This document shows positions 1-11,016 of a stretch of 64,000 nt of DNA, one piece after another; the first letter of the stretch is position 1, and the number at the start of each line of letters is the position of its first letter. The notes under the pieces were generated by a model. The model was not told where the DNA came from and made no database searches. It was given only the letters and a program-made list of their open reading frames with translations. The stretch is from an uncultured Acidobacteriota bacterium (GTDB lineage Bacteria; Acidobacteriota; UBA6911). Location of the stretch: the NCBI GenBank assembly GCA_963827655.1, contig CAWHCF010000008.1, positions 1 through 64,000 on the forward strand, given 5' to 3'. The translations under genes were made by a program, and so were the position numbers.

Positions 1-144
1 GCTTCGCGCAACCACGTTTGCCAACAGCAAGAGCATTTGTCCGGTTAAGCAACTGCCAGGAACTTAAACAATGGTGTTTGTTCTGATCGTATTTGTTGAC
101 CTGACAGAAGAGACGCGAGATCATGGAAAACAGACGTGGCAACC

Positions 145-920
145 ATGAAAATGATAATGATGATCGGTGGCAGTGAATAATCTGATAAAAGCTTGATTAC
201 CCGAGCTGCAGCCAGCAGGGGGGGGAAGCAATGGCGGCGTGGCCCAAATCCAGCATAAACGCCCTTCACACGGGCGAGGGACTGGGCGAAGTTCTGGAAG
301 GTGCTTCAGGTGATGGATGAAGAGACATCAAACTGTACCTATTACGAATATTCGGCGGCGCTGAGGTTCTTTGAAACGTGGACCGGCAATTGTAGCCGAG
401 TACCGGGCGCGTGCGCTGGCGTAAAGCACTTCGTCGCATTATCGGTCAAATGGTGGGCATAAACGGCTGTACGAAAGCGGCTATTTCCACGCGAGGGTGG
501 CGCACGCGAGAAGCTGATGGAGAATTCAACGATTCCTTACTGCATCGTCCCAGCGACATCGCGGGTCTTATAAATTATCAAGGGCATTGCCGCAGCATTT
601 CCATGAAGGGCCGCAAGTGCCCTGCCGAGCGTGCCTTTGCGGCGATGACGACTAACGATGTGGCGAGTGCCGTGGCAGCTGGCGGTGGAAGCGCCGTGAA
701 TGGCAGGATTGTTTTGCCGAAATTACGAGGCCGGAACCGTTTCGCCTGGATGAACTGATACGCCCGCGCTTGGCCCAGCTCAATGACCCTCGGGAGGTCA
801 TCACCACCCGAACGGGCGATACTCCGGCGTGCGGGTCGATAAGCCAAGGCTATCCCCCGGCAAGGGTGCGCGACTTGGCGAAACCATTGAAACCTGGCTC
901 ACTCAGCCCGCAGCGAAAAT
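145..920 (+). pseudogene. Degraded NmrA/SDR-like NAD(P)-binding protein
   Basis: Fragments in shifting frames match the family: MK..MIGGS (Rossmann start), TGEGL, DVASAV..GSAVNG, PEPFRLDELIR..NDPREVI. There are many stops and indels, and the boundaries are approximate. Confidence 0.6.
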
Positions 921-1040
921 GGAGGCAGCCGCTCACTAGTGGAGTTGTAGACAGAGACCGGTTGGGCTGCTACGCGTAACTGAAGCTGACTCATATAAGC
1001 AATGAAATCTTAGTGGTCCGTTCAAACGAAAGGTTTGCTT

Positions 1041-1423
1041 ATGAGATTACAAAACTGGTCGTGATGCTGGTATGTCTTGTGTCATCCCGCTGCAGACTAA
1101 AGAGGCGAAGGTGACGCCGCTGCTGTCGAAAGACCTGACGGAGTTTCCTGGCAAGGAAGGTGTGATGATCGCCGTGGAGTATCCGCCGGGCAGCACGGAT
1201 CCAGCACATCGCCACAATGCACAAGGGTTCAGTATGTGCTGGAAGGCTCGATCGTGATGCAGGTGAGGGGCGGGAAGGAAGTGATTCTGACACCCGGTCA
1301 GACGTTCTATGAAGGTCCCTCTAATGTGCAGTTGTTGGGCGGAATGAGAGCCAAACCAAACCGGCTAAATTCGCGTGTTCTTCGTGAAAGACAAAGGCGC
1401 TCCAATGAGTGCCGGCGAACTAA
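1041..1423 (+). pseudogene. Cupin-domain protein, frameshifted
   Basis: ORFs 1072..1257 and 1236..1529 join into a cupin: VEYPPGSTDPAHRHNA..VLEGSIVMQVRGGKEVILTPGQTFYEGP. Confidence 0.75.
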
Positions 1424-1515
1424 ATCGAACACTACAAGATTCGGCCGACTGGTACGCCTCGTAAATGGTGGCGGAACAGGCCGGGCAAGCTGTAAGGGAA
1501 ATAGCTGGCTGAAAT

Positions 1516-3633
1516 ATGGCAGGACCTGACGCGCTCCTCGGGGTCACGATTTCGCGCTACCGCATCCTTGAGAAGTTGGGCAGGGGTGGCATGGGCGTGG
1601 TGCACAAGGCGAAGGACATCCGGTTGCGCCGCTTGGTAGCCTAAGTTTCTCTCCTGGTGCGTTAGCCCGTGATCGGGCGGCCTTAGAACGGTTTCGCCGC
1701 GAAGCCAAGGCGCTTCGACTGTAAATCATCCGAACATCTGCACCATCCAGACATCGGCAAGGAAAACAGCGGCCTTCATGGCCATGGAGATTTCGACGGA
1801 CACATGTGAAGGACTGCATCGCCAGGGGTCCGCTCTCTTTGGCGCAGGTCTTGGACTTGGGTGCCGAGATGGCCGATGGTTTGGATGCCCACCAGCTGGA
1901 AACGTGCACGCGACATCAAGCCTGCGAATATTTTCGTTACTAAGCGTGGCCACGCCAAGATTCGGATTTCGGTCTGGCCAAATTGAATCCGAAGCCGGTC
2001 GATGAGGTCACGGTAACGACCCGCAATTGGTGGAAGCGAAATCGAACTCACCATGCTGGTCGTGATGGGCACAAAGGCTTACATGTCACCCGAGCAAGTT
2101 CGTGGAGAAGTTTTGGATGCCCAACCGACATCTTCGTTCGGCCTAGTTCTCCATGAATGGCGACTGGACAGTTGGCGTTCAAAGGAGCCACTAGCGGCGT
2201 CGTCGGGAAGCAATCCTAGACCGTGCACCAGAACCTTTGCGTCACTTAGTTGAGTATGATGGCTTAGAACTCGAATCGCATCGTAGACGGCCCTCCAGAA
2301 AGATCGCAATCTTCGCTATCAAAGCACAGCAGGCATCCGCGCAGATTTGCTGGGTAAACGTAGCGTCGTATGGGGCAAGTCTTCCCCTCCACGGGTCGTC
2401 CCTACTACTGATGCGGAAGCCGCTCGCGCTGAAGAAGGGCTCTGGGTTGCTGTTTTACCGTTCAAGGCATCGCGTCCGACAAGGAATTGGAATCGCTCGC
2501 GGACGGGCTAACCGAAGACGTAACGGCCGCGCTCTGTGCTTTCCGTATTTCCGGGTCGTGGCCTACAACTCCGCAATGACTTACAAAAGCCGATAGACAG
2601 ATATTCGTGCCGTCGGCGGGAATGGGCGCACGCTTCGTGGTCAAGGGAGCATTCGCAAAGGGGGACGCCTTCGCGTCAACGCGCAACTCGCGGACGCCGC
2701 AGGCGGATAACAGTTTGGGCTGAACTTAGAACCGCGAACTCGGTGCGGGCCGTCCATTTGAAACCCTGGACGATGTGACGGACCGAATTGTAGCGACGTC
2801 GGGTGGGCACGGCGTAATCGCCCGCACCCTGGCGACTGCCACCCGGGAAAAACCCTTGGAAGAGGCGAGCGCATCGCAATTAGTATGGGATGGTTGACTA
2901 CGTCTTGCAACTCAAAGCTGAGGAGCACGCAGGCTCCGTGCGGCGTTCGAGCGCGTACTCGACCGTGAACCCAACCATGCAGACGCTGGGCGTGCCTTTC
3001 CAACCTATTCTGCTGGGAATATGTGCACCGTCTAAATCCGTTGGAAAGACCAATGGAGCGCGCTCTCGAAGCTGCCTGGCGTGCCGTAACCATCGATCCC
3101 GCCTGTCAGTTGGGATGGCAACAGCTTGCTGAGGCGCACTTCTTTGCAAAGGACTATACCGCGTTTGGTGACGCCGCCGAGCGCGCGATGGCGCTCAATC
3201 CCCGCAACAGCCACACTCGAGCGTATTTGGGTTTGCTGATCGCTTTCTCCGGCGAATGGAGCGCGGCCTAGCCCTCGTGCAGCGTGCCATGGCACTCAAC
3301 CCTCATTACCCTGACTGGTGTTATCTGCCTTATTTCTACAATCACTATCGCAAAGGCGAATACCAAGCAGCGTTACAAGTCGTAAAGAAAATCAATATGC
3401 CCGAGGACCCTTGGCCGCAAATGGGGATTGCCGCGGCCTGTGGCCAGCTCAATCACCAAGAAATGGCGCGCGCGGCCATCGAATTGGTGCGTAAGCACCA
3501 ACCGCTATATCTCGACCTGAAATACTACCGCGAAGATGCTGAAAAATGGTTCGCGGACACGTCGATTGTGGAACAGCTTTTACAGGGTCTGCGTAAGGTT
3601 GGACTCAAGGATTTCACGGATTCGTCTGAATAA
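1516..3633 (+). pseudogene. Degraded Ser/Thr protein kinase with TolB-N/TPR C-terminus
   Basis: Pieces [50 protein letters not shown], then TPR-like RAMALNP repeats (3023..3633). Many frameshifts and stops. Confidence 0.75.
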
Positions 3634-3889
3634 TACCCAAGCGCCGGATAAACGGGGCAAGCCGCGTTCCAGCCTTTGTGCATAGAATCTCGACCCAATT
3701 TTTGGACAACTGGCGATAAATCGCCATTACTCTCACAACTCCCGGTGCTTCCGTCATCAAATGTTGCTAGGCCGCAAAGGGCAGACTCCGAACCGGGAAA
3801 TTGACCGGCCGAACTAAGCTAAAGAGTACAAGAAGGACATTCTCTGACGCCACGAAAAGCAGCCTCGCTGAGAAAATTTCTCTGAAGGC

Positions 3890-4650
3890 CAACGCCCGCC
3901 CGCTGCTTGCCGAACTCTACGGAGCTTCGGTATCTGGGCGGATCGCGACTGGCCGGCGCGCCGGCCGGCGTGTGACAAGGGTGGGCGCGGGGATCGACTC
4001 GGAAGACTTTGCCTTCCCCGCTGGCTCCCGCTGTGCCCGCGTGTCAGGAGTCAACTTGCACGCCAATGTCTCAATTCCCGCGCGCGATCGAGTGCGGCTG
4101 GAGCGACTCTGCCGTTACTGCGCTCGCCCCGCGGTGGCCACCGAGCGTCTGTCGGTTTTGCCGGATGGCCGGCTATTGTACCGCCTCAAGCGGCGCTGGC
4201 GGGACGGAACCAGCCACGTGATTTTCGAGTCCATCGAGCTTGTCGAGAAGCTTGCTTCCCTTGTGCCGCCCCCCGGTTCAACCTCGTCAGGTATCATGGC
4301 GTTCTTGCCCCTTCCGCGCGGTGGCGACCGAGCGTCGTTCCTTCGCACACCGCTGCCGGCGATGTCGTTTCTCACCCTGGCTGCGCTGCCAAGAAACTCG
4401 ATTCTCGTCCCGAGGCGAAGAGTTCCCACAAGCGACGCGGCTGCCACCCTCGGAACTACTCATGGTCCGAATTGTTGCGCCGAGTGTTCGCTCTGGACGT
4501 TTTGGAATGCCCTCGCTGTTTTGGCCGGATGCGCATCGTGGCAGCCATCCATCCTCCAGAAGCCATTGGCAAAATCCTGGACTGCCTTGGCCTGCCTTCC
4601 CGCGCTCCGCCAATCTCTCCCGCGGTAGAGGAAGCCGACTGGAGGTATTA
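3890..4650 (+). mobile_element. IS91-family (Y2/rolling-circle) transposase C-terminal remnant
   Basis: RLERLCRYCARPAVATERL..LYRLKRRWRDGTSHVIFE..LVPP, then after a frameshift NLVRYHGVLAP and a C-terminal WSELLRRVFALDVLECPRCFGRMRIVAAI. The N-terminus is missing. Confidence 0.8.
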
Positions 4651-4811
4651 ATGGGGCATTAGGGCACTCCCTCGCGGTAGGATTCTTCCGCAAAATCTCA
4701 CGATTTCACGGCTAGGTTCTTCGCGCTTCCAATGGACCTGGCGTATAATCCGCAGAGTCGGACTCATCCAGGACCGAGGAACATCGCGCAAAGTTAACAT
4801 AAAGCCCGTTC

Positions 4812-5114
4812 TCAGAACCTGAGTTGCCCCGACTCGAGGTGCAGCAGCAGGTTCACGGCGTGGTAGCCGCGCGGGTTGCGGCCGCCGGCGCGGTAATTCC
4901 AGAAGAAGGTAAGGTACGCCAGCGGGCGGGTCTGCTGGAGGGAGAGGATGGTCCCGAGATTTCCCGGCTCCGTGACGTCGGGGCTCTCGAGGAAGAGGCG
5001 ATCGTCGAAGTGAAAGGGGTTTCCGAGCGCGCCGCGGAAGGCGGCGAAGGTTCCGAGGAGCACGAGCGCGAGCCCGCCCAGCTCGAGCGCCGTTCGTCGC
5101 ATCGGTCCGGCCAC
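4812..5114 (-). pseudogene. N-terminal fragment of a TMTC/GT-C-like membrane glycosyltransferase-TPR protein
   Basis: A TM helix followed by FHFDD..RPLAYLTF..YHAVNLLLH, truncated at about 100 aa. Confidence 0.55.
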
Positions 5115-5491
5115 GGGTCAATTCTGCGCGGAAAGGCCCGGCCCGGGCCACCGTATTCCGACGACTCGTATCACGACTTTAAAGAGTGGCCACCGGTGAC
5201 TTCGTCGATGGACGCGGCCCGGCCTACGAATTGTTATGTAGCGGACCACATAAGATTTCTTCTGTGGCGTTCGGCGTTATGTGGCGCTGGAATGCGGAGC
5301 CAGCTATTGAAGACCTACCGAACCGCCTCCGATGCTACATAATTCCATCAGAGGCTTTGTCTCAGTCGGAAGTTCGGTATCGCCTGATCTGCAAACCTTC
5401 TCCAATTGGGTTCTCTCCGGTTTGGCGGTTATCCGTCAACTTGAACTTCATTGCGTGGCTGGGCGCGCTTCCATACAATGACCCGCAACTA

Positions 5492-8188
5492 ATGTCACTT
5501 CAACTTGGCCAACACCTCGGCTCGTATGAAATCACCTCGTTGCTCGGAAAAGGTGGCATGGGTGAAGTGTATCGCGCTCGTGATCCCAGACTAAGGCGCG
5601 ACGTGGCCATTAAGGTGTTGCCCGAAGAGTTCTCGTCCAATTCGGAACGCGTATCACGTTTTCAGCGCGAAGCGGAGGTTCTGGCCTCGCTAAATCACGT
5701 GAACATCGCTGCGATTCATGACCTTCAGGAAGCAAACGGTTCACGTTTTCTGGTCATGGAACTCGTGGAAGGCGAAACCCTGGCCGATCGCATCGGTCGT
5801 GGTCCAATTCTAATCGATGAAGCGTTGCAGATCGCAAAGCAAATCTGCGAAGCATTGGAGGCTGCTCACGAGAAGGGGATCGTCCATCGTGACCTCAAGC
5901 CTGCGAACATCAAAGTCCGCGAGGACGGCACGGTGAAGGTGCTCGACTTCGGGCTGGCCAAAGCGCTCGATCGCCCAAGCGTCGCGAGCGTGGATATGAT
6001 GCGACTCGCCGACGCTCAGCGCGCATCCGACCGAGGCGGCCTCATCCTCGGCACGGCAGCGTATATGAGTCCCGAGCAGGCGCGTGGGAAGGCGGTGGAC
6101 ACACGCACGGATATCTGGGCCTTCGGCTGTGTGCTCTACGAGATGCTCGTCGGGAGGCGGGCGTTCGAAGGGGAAGGTGTGTCGGACACACTGGCACGCG
6201 TCATCGAGCGCGAGCCAGACTGGGCCAGGCTGCCGGCGAGGCTGTCGCCCGCGCTGCGCACCTACCTCGAACGCTGCCTGCACAAAGATCCCAGACAGCG
6301 GGTACAGGCCATTGGCGACGTCCGGCTTGCGCTGGAAGGCGCGTTCGAGACGGCTGTGTCGCCGACGGCCGCTCCAGGTGTTGTGGCGCGGTGGCGGCGC
6401 GTCGTGCTCGTCGGCGCCGCGGCGATCGTCGCGAGTGGCGCGATTGTGGGTTCGCTGACGTGGGTCGCCATGCGCCAACCGCCGCCCCGGGTCTCGCGTC
6501 TGCAGGTCGCGTCCTCGGGTACCTCGGAGGTGAGCGTCGGCTACAACGACCGCGATCTCGCCATCACGCCCGACGGTTCAAGGCTCACATATATCGGAAA
6601 CCGCGGCACGCAGATTTTCGTCCGTGCGCTCGATGCCCTCTCGCCTGTGGCGGTGTTCACAGGCCGGCCGTTCGGCTTGTTCACGTCCCCTGATGGCCAG
6701 TGGATTGGATTCAGGGACGGCCAAGGCACGTTGAAGAAAGTGGCAGTGACCGGTGGGCCGGCCGTCACGCTGGCGACCCTCGACGCGGCCGCCCCCAGCG
6801 GAGCCACCTGGGGACCGGATGGCACCATCATCCTCGCAAGCGAGAGCGTGGCGACTGGCCTGCAACGCGTCTCGGCGTCAGGTGGGGCGGTGGAGGTGCT
6901 CACGCGCCCCGATCCCGCGCAAGGCGAAGCCGATCACCTCTGGCCCGAGATGTTGCCGGACGGACGCTCCGTGCTCTTCACGATCACGGCGCTGACGGGC
7001 GGCCTCGGAGCCGCACAGGTGGCCATCCTGGATCTCCAGACCGGGAAGCGTCAGGTTCTGCTGCGCGGTGGTAGTCACGCCCACTACGTCCCGAGCGGCC
7101 ATCTCGTCTACGGGCAGGCCGGCACGCTGCAGGCGGTGGCGTTCGACCTGGCCCGCCGGGAGGTGCGCGGAACACCGGTGACGGTGGTTCCTGATGTCGT
7201 CACTTCGAGCAACGGCGGTGTACACGTCGTCGTGGCACGTGACGGCACGCTGGCCTATCTGTCGGTGGGCGGCGTGGCGGGGACGCCTCGTACGCTCGTG
7301 TGGGTGGACCGCCTGGGCAACGAGACACCGATTGGGGCGCCGCCGCGACCGTATCTCCTTCCAGCATTGTCACCTGATGGCACGCGTGTCGCGGTTTTCG
7401 CCAACGATCAGGAAGGCGACCTCTGGCTCTGGGATCTCGCCCGCACGACGCTCACCCGACTCACGTTGGTCCCGGGCAGAGATGTTCTTCAAGTGTGGAC
7501 GCCTGACGGTCGACGCGTGATCTTCAGTTCGGAACGAGCGGGAGGGCGGAATCTGTTCTGGCAGGCCGCGGACGGCACCGGCGCGGTGGAGCGGTTGCTC
7601 GAGAGTCCCAACACCCAGTACCCTATGGCCGTGTCTCCCGATGGCCGCCAACTGATCTTCTCCGACGAGACCCCGCAAACGGACATCGACCTGATGGCGA
7701 TCGAGCTCGACGGAACCCGCCGCGTGACTCCGCTCCTGCGGTCCAGGTTCACCGAGCGGAACGGCGTCATCTCGCCCGACGGCCACTGGCTCGCCTACGA
7801 GGCGAACGATTCGGGCCGGTTCGAGATCTATGTGCGGCCGTACCCAGACGTCAACAGCAGTCTCTCGGTCGTGTCCACCAACGGCGGAACCAAGCCGATC
7901 TGGGCGCGGAGCGGGCAAGAGCTGATCTATGTGTCTCCCACAGGTGCGCTCATGAGCGTGGGAGTGACACGCGGTCCAACGTGGTCGGCCACGAAGCCGT
8001 CGGTGGTGGTGAAAGAGGGGTACTTGACCAATCCAGTCTGGTGGGGCCGGTCCTACGATATATCACCTGATGGCCGGAGGTTCCTGATGATCAAGGAAGG
8101 CGGTCCCGACGGGACCGCCCCGCCCACGAGCCTCGTCGTGGTGCAGCACTGGTTCGAGGAGTTGAAGCGCCTCGTGCCGACGAACTGA
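5492..8188 (+). CDS. Ser/Thr protein kinase with TM segment and TolB/PD40-like beta-propeller
   Basis: Hanks motifs GKGGMGEVY, VAIK, HRDLKPAN, DFG, YMSPEQ and repeated SPDG propeller motifs. Start placed at ATG 5492, downstream of TTGCGT-N17-TACAAT. Confidence 0.93.
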   Translation: MSLQLGQHLGSYEITSLLGKGGMGEVYRARDPRLRRDVAIKVLPEEFSSNSERVSRFQREAEVLASLNHVNIAAIHDLQEANGSRFLVMELVEGETLADRIGRGPILIDEALQIAKQICEALEAAHEKGIVHRDLKPANIKVREDGTVKVLDFGLAKALDRPSVASVDMMRLADAQRASDRGGLILGTAAYMSPEQARGKAVDTRTDIWAFGCVLYEMLVGRRAFEGEGVSDTLARVIEREPDWARLPARLSPALRTYLERCLHKDPRQRVQAIGDVRLALEGAFETAVSPTAAPGVVARWRRVVLVGAAAIVASGAIVGSLTWVAMRQPPPRVSRLQVASSGTSEVSVGYNDRDLAITPDGSRLTYIGNRGTQIFVRALDALSPVAVFTGRPFGLFTSPDGQWIGFRDGQGTLKKVAVTGGPAVTLATLDAAAPSGATWGPDGTIILASESVATGLQRVSASGGAVEVLTRPDPAQGEADHLWPEMLPDGRSVLFTITALTGGLGAAQVAILDLQTGKRQVLLRGGSHAHYVPSGHLVYGQAGTLQAVAFDLARREVRGTPVTVVPDVVTSSNGGVHVVVARDGTLAYLSVGGVAGTPRTLVWVDRLGNETPIGAPPRPYLLPALSPDGTRVAVFANDQEGDLWLWDLARTTLTRLTLVPGRDVLQVWTPDGRRVIFSSERAGGRNLFWQAADGTGAVERLLESPNTQYPMAVSPDGRQLIFSDETPQTDIDLMAIELDGTRRVTPLLRSRFTERNGVISPDGHWLAYEANDSGRFEIYVRPYPDVNSSLSVVSTNGGTKPIWARSGQELIYVSPTGALMSVGVTRGPTWSATKPSVVVKEGYLTNPVWWGRSYDISPDGRRFLMIKEGGPDGTAPPTSLVVVQHWFEELKRLVPTN

Positions 8189-8318
8189 CGCACCCGGGCT
8201 CTAATACGGTCGTTGTCGAACCCGGGGCCTCGTCCACGGCCAGCGATCAGCTAGTCAGAATCATCCAACACGACGCCGATCACGTTGATCCTGAACTGGA
8301 AGCCCAAACCCTGATGCG

Positions 8319-8560
8319 TTGCCTACGAAGACCCCCGAGCACATAGAGTGGTGCGGGCAACTCCGCAACATTCCTCTTAAGCGAGCGCCCCGATCGACGA
8401 TTACATACCTAGAGAAATCGGAAATGGATGCGTTGTTGAGTGCACCTGATCAATCGACGGACCAGGGACGCCGCGACCATGCTCTCTTGCTCTTCCTTTA
8501 CAACACGGGCGCGCGAGCTGACGAGGCTGCACAGGTCAGGATCGCGGATCTTCTCGGTGC
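8319..8560 (+). pseudogene. Tyrosine recombinase internal fragment (RitC/XerC-like)
   Basis: ITYLEKSEMDALLSAPDQSTDQGRRDHALLLFLYNTGARADEA contains the catalytic Arg box I. Both ends are missing. Confidence 0.75.
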
Positions 8561-8768
8561 TTCTGTCATCAATTGTTGGTAGGATTAGTATAAAGATTTA
8601 GATCACAATATGTTACGGCCGAATTTGGCATCACCAATTCTGGTTGGCTACAAATCACGAACAAGTGCTTTTGTCAGAATACGATAAGGACAAGTCACCA
8701 ACAGTAAACTGCGGAAGCACCAGATATTCAGCTCTTGCTCGTTTTCGACATAGCTTGCCTCCGGATCT

Positions 8769-9080
8769 TTATGCTGCGTGACTACGCTCTGGTCTCTCGA
8801 TCCGTGCAAGACTCAGCCTGAGCCCGAATGGTTTTAGAAGGCGGTTGATCGTGGCCTGCGTGGGATTGTGGCGCGGATTGATGGCGCGCAACAAGTTCGG
8901 GCTAGCCATGCGGATTTTCACAGCGAACTCCCTGACCCCTATGGCGCGGACAACTTTGCCGAGCGCATGCTGCACCGAGATGCCCTCGTCGATCGCCGCG
9001 AGAAGAAATTCTCGGGCGAATTCGGGGTCCCGCAGATCCTGCGCCAATCCCTTGTTCCAATCTCTACTGCGTCTTGCCAT
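8769..9080 (-). CDS. HTH antitoxin (addiction module antidote, HI1420-like)
   Basis: LRDPEFAREFLLAAIDE..ALGKVVRAIGVREFA..NP. It lies directly downstream of and overlaps the toxin gene. Confidence 0.8.
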   Translation of the reverse strand: MARRSRDWNKGLAQDLRDPEFAREFLLAAIDEGISVQHALGKVVRAIGVREFAVKIRMASPNLLRAINPRHNPTQATINRLLKPFGLRLSLARIERPERSHAA

Positions 9081-9402
9081 GTTTGGTTACCTCTAGAAAT
9101 TCTCTCCAGAGTTGGCGTGCCTCACGAACGTCCCTGGCCTGAGATCCTTTTGCGCCGCCGAGGAGAAGCAGAATCACAGAGCGGCCCGGCTTGCCGAAAT
9201 AAATCCGGTACCCCGGACCAAACATAAGACGAGCCTCCCATACGCCGCCTCCCACTGACTTGTGATCGCCAAGATTGCCCGTTTCGAAACGTAAGACCCT
9301 CGCCTGAATTCGCGCCTTGACAGAGAGGTCGAGAGCATCGAGCCAGTCGCGAAAAGGGCTTCTACCATCGGACGCGACATATTCTTTGATTGTTAGCTTC
9401 AT
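9064..9402 (-). CDS. RelE/ParE-superfamily toxin (addiction module killer, HI1419-like)
   Basis: GRSPFRDWLDAL..GNLGDHKSVGGGVWEARLMFGPGYRIYFG..LLLLGG. Confidence 0.88.
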   Translation of the reverse strand: MKLTIKEYVASDGRSPFRDWLDALDLSVKARIQARVLRFETGNLGDHKSVGGGVWEARLMFGPGYRIYFGKPGRSVILLLLGGAKGSQARDVREARQLWREFLEVTKHGKTQ

Positions 9403-9674
9403 CGTCGCATCATAAAAGTATCGTATGTGATAATAATTATCAACACGGCCATTTCCGATTCAACTCCACGTCGGGACCAAACCGTTTCGCCGGCAATGCC
9501 CCTAGTTGACGGTGATTGAGGGCAGGCTGACCCTGAGGGGTTTGTCAGAATGGGATGCCTCGTGGTTAGTCGCAATCCTCGCCTCGCCCCGAGGCAGGCT
9601 TCCGTGGACTCATCTGGGAACCTCGGTTGGCAGACCAGAGATGCCGCAGGATGCGGTAAATCGGGTCCAGAGAA

Positions 9675-9831
9675 GTGGTGTGAAAAGCGGCGGGGAATTT
9701 TCCAGAAATCCGAGGAAAAATCGCGGAAGTCCCCGGTACCCCTGAAGACGCGAAAACCCGCAACTGGTGCGGGTTTCGGCGGCTTTTCAGTGAGAGTTAC
9801 GAAACGGCTGCCGGAAGGCTTAAAAGGCAGA
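9675..9831. mobile_element. att-like junction segment A, ending in a short tRNA-Lys-like fragment (minus strand)
   Basis: Homologous to 10309..10455, with the hairpin AAAACCCGC-N7-GCGGGTTT. It ends in GCTTAAAAGGCAGA, whose reverse complement TCTGCCTTTTAAGC resembles a Lys(UUU) anticodon arm. Confidence 0.4.
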
Positions 9832-10308
9832 ATGTCTATTAACGGAGGAGATATAGTAGCCCGGTTCCGCGTCGACACGGGACAGTTCGATTCGGCCATC
9901 AAAGGGATAGAAGCGCCCTTCAAAGAACAACCGAGCATATCAATGCCTCCGGGCGCCAGATAGTCCAGTCATTCGAAAAGAGTCTAAATCCCACCGTCGG
10001 CCATGACATGGGCCACAGCCTCCATTCCCACATCCGCGAAGGCAAGATCTCGCCGGAAGAGATCGCGTGCTGGGTATTCCCTAACCTCGGCAGAACGAAA
10101 CGCCATTCGCAATACAATTGGTTTGTTGTGGGAGCTGCTGCCGGCCATCGACAAGCTGCCAATGGCGAGCAACCTGGTGCATTAAGCGATCTCTAAACGG
10201 GTCAAAACCGCTTTCATCGTGATCACTTTTTTTGGCTGCTTCTGTCTCATCGATCGGGTGACGGGCCGTGAGCAACCTCGTGCACTAAGGGTCTTCAACT
10301 TTTGCCGA

Positions 10309-10491
10309 GGTGTGGAATTGGGTGTGGAATTTTCCCGGAAACGAGAGAAATCCCGGGGAAAACCGAGGAAGCACGAAAGACACAAAAACCCGCATGGTTA
10401 GCGGGTTTCAGCGTGTTTTCAAGAGTTTGCGAGAACCGCTCGAAATTGGTTCTCAGCCATCAAACCAGGGTTCGAATCCCTGTAGCGCTAC
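10309..10491 (+). mobile_element. att-like junction segment B with 3' half of tRNA-Glu(CTC)
   Basis: GGTGTGGAATT direct repeat (arm-type-like) and a hairpin. These are followed by the anticodon loop TTCTCAG, a perfect T-arm CAGGG-TTCGAAT-CCCTG and the acceptor 3' strand TAGCGCT. There is no 5' half, and an integrase remnant is adjacent. Confidence 0.7.
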
Positions 10492-10519
10492 TCAACTTAC
10501 ACCTTTCTTGCTTTCGACT

Positions 10520-10990
10520 AGTGGAAAGCGAGTCTCTAATCGCCTCGGCCTTGTGAGTCTTGCTCAGGTTAACGCACCGCTCAACCATTACCAAGCTCGA
10601 CCAGCGGCCCAATTTCTGAATCGTGCGCGCGTCGACTCCGGCCATACCGAGCAGTGAGCCAGGTGTGCCGTGGTTCCCAACGGGATCCGCGGCCGGCGTA
10701 GATCCAGGCCATGATGATGGAGTGCAGAGGCTTGGAGCAAGCTGCCAGAAGCCGTTCTTCTTCCTCGTGCTCGAGGAATCGATCGCGGCCGGGAGACTCT
10801 TTGATCTTTTTCACTTTTCGCGCGGATTGACGCCGGTCAGATTTGACTATCGATGTACTGTTGAAGAGCGTCTTGAGCGTACCGAGCTGGCGGTTAAACG
10901 CTACGGGCGCCCCACAGTAACCCGCCGCTGTTTATCTCGATCAGAAATGAAGAAATCTCGCTTAGGTTCTTTTCGCCGAAGGTGTTCTCA
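10520..10990 (-). pseudogene. Phage-type tyrosine integrase remnant
   Basis: PGRDRFLEHEEEERLLAAC.. and C-terminal MAGVDARTIQKLGRWSSLVMVERC. It is internally deleted and the catalytic Tyr position reads Cys. Confidence 0.7.
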
Positions 10991-11016
10991 AGCTCGTTGA
11001 GATAGTTTCGGTAGGA

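Noticed and set aside
5186-5491. 102-aa N-terminal extension of the kinase
   Set aside because: It has no domain character and contains a promoter-like motif and recombinase-like boxes. ATG 5492 fits the family start.
10447-10491. Functional tRNA-Glu gene
   Set aside because: The D-arm and 5' acceptor strand are absent and there is no CCA, so it is treated as an att remnant.
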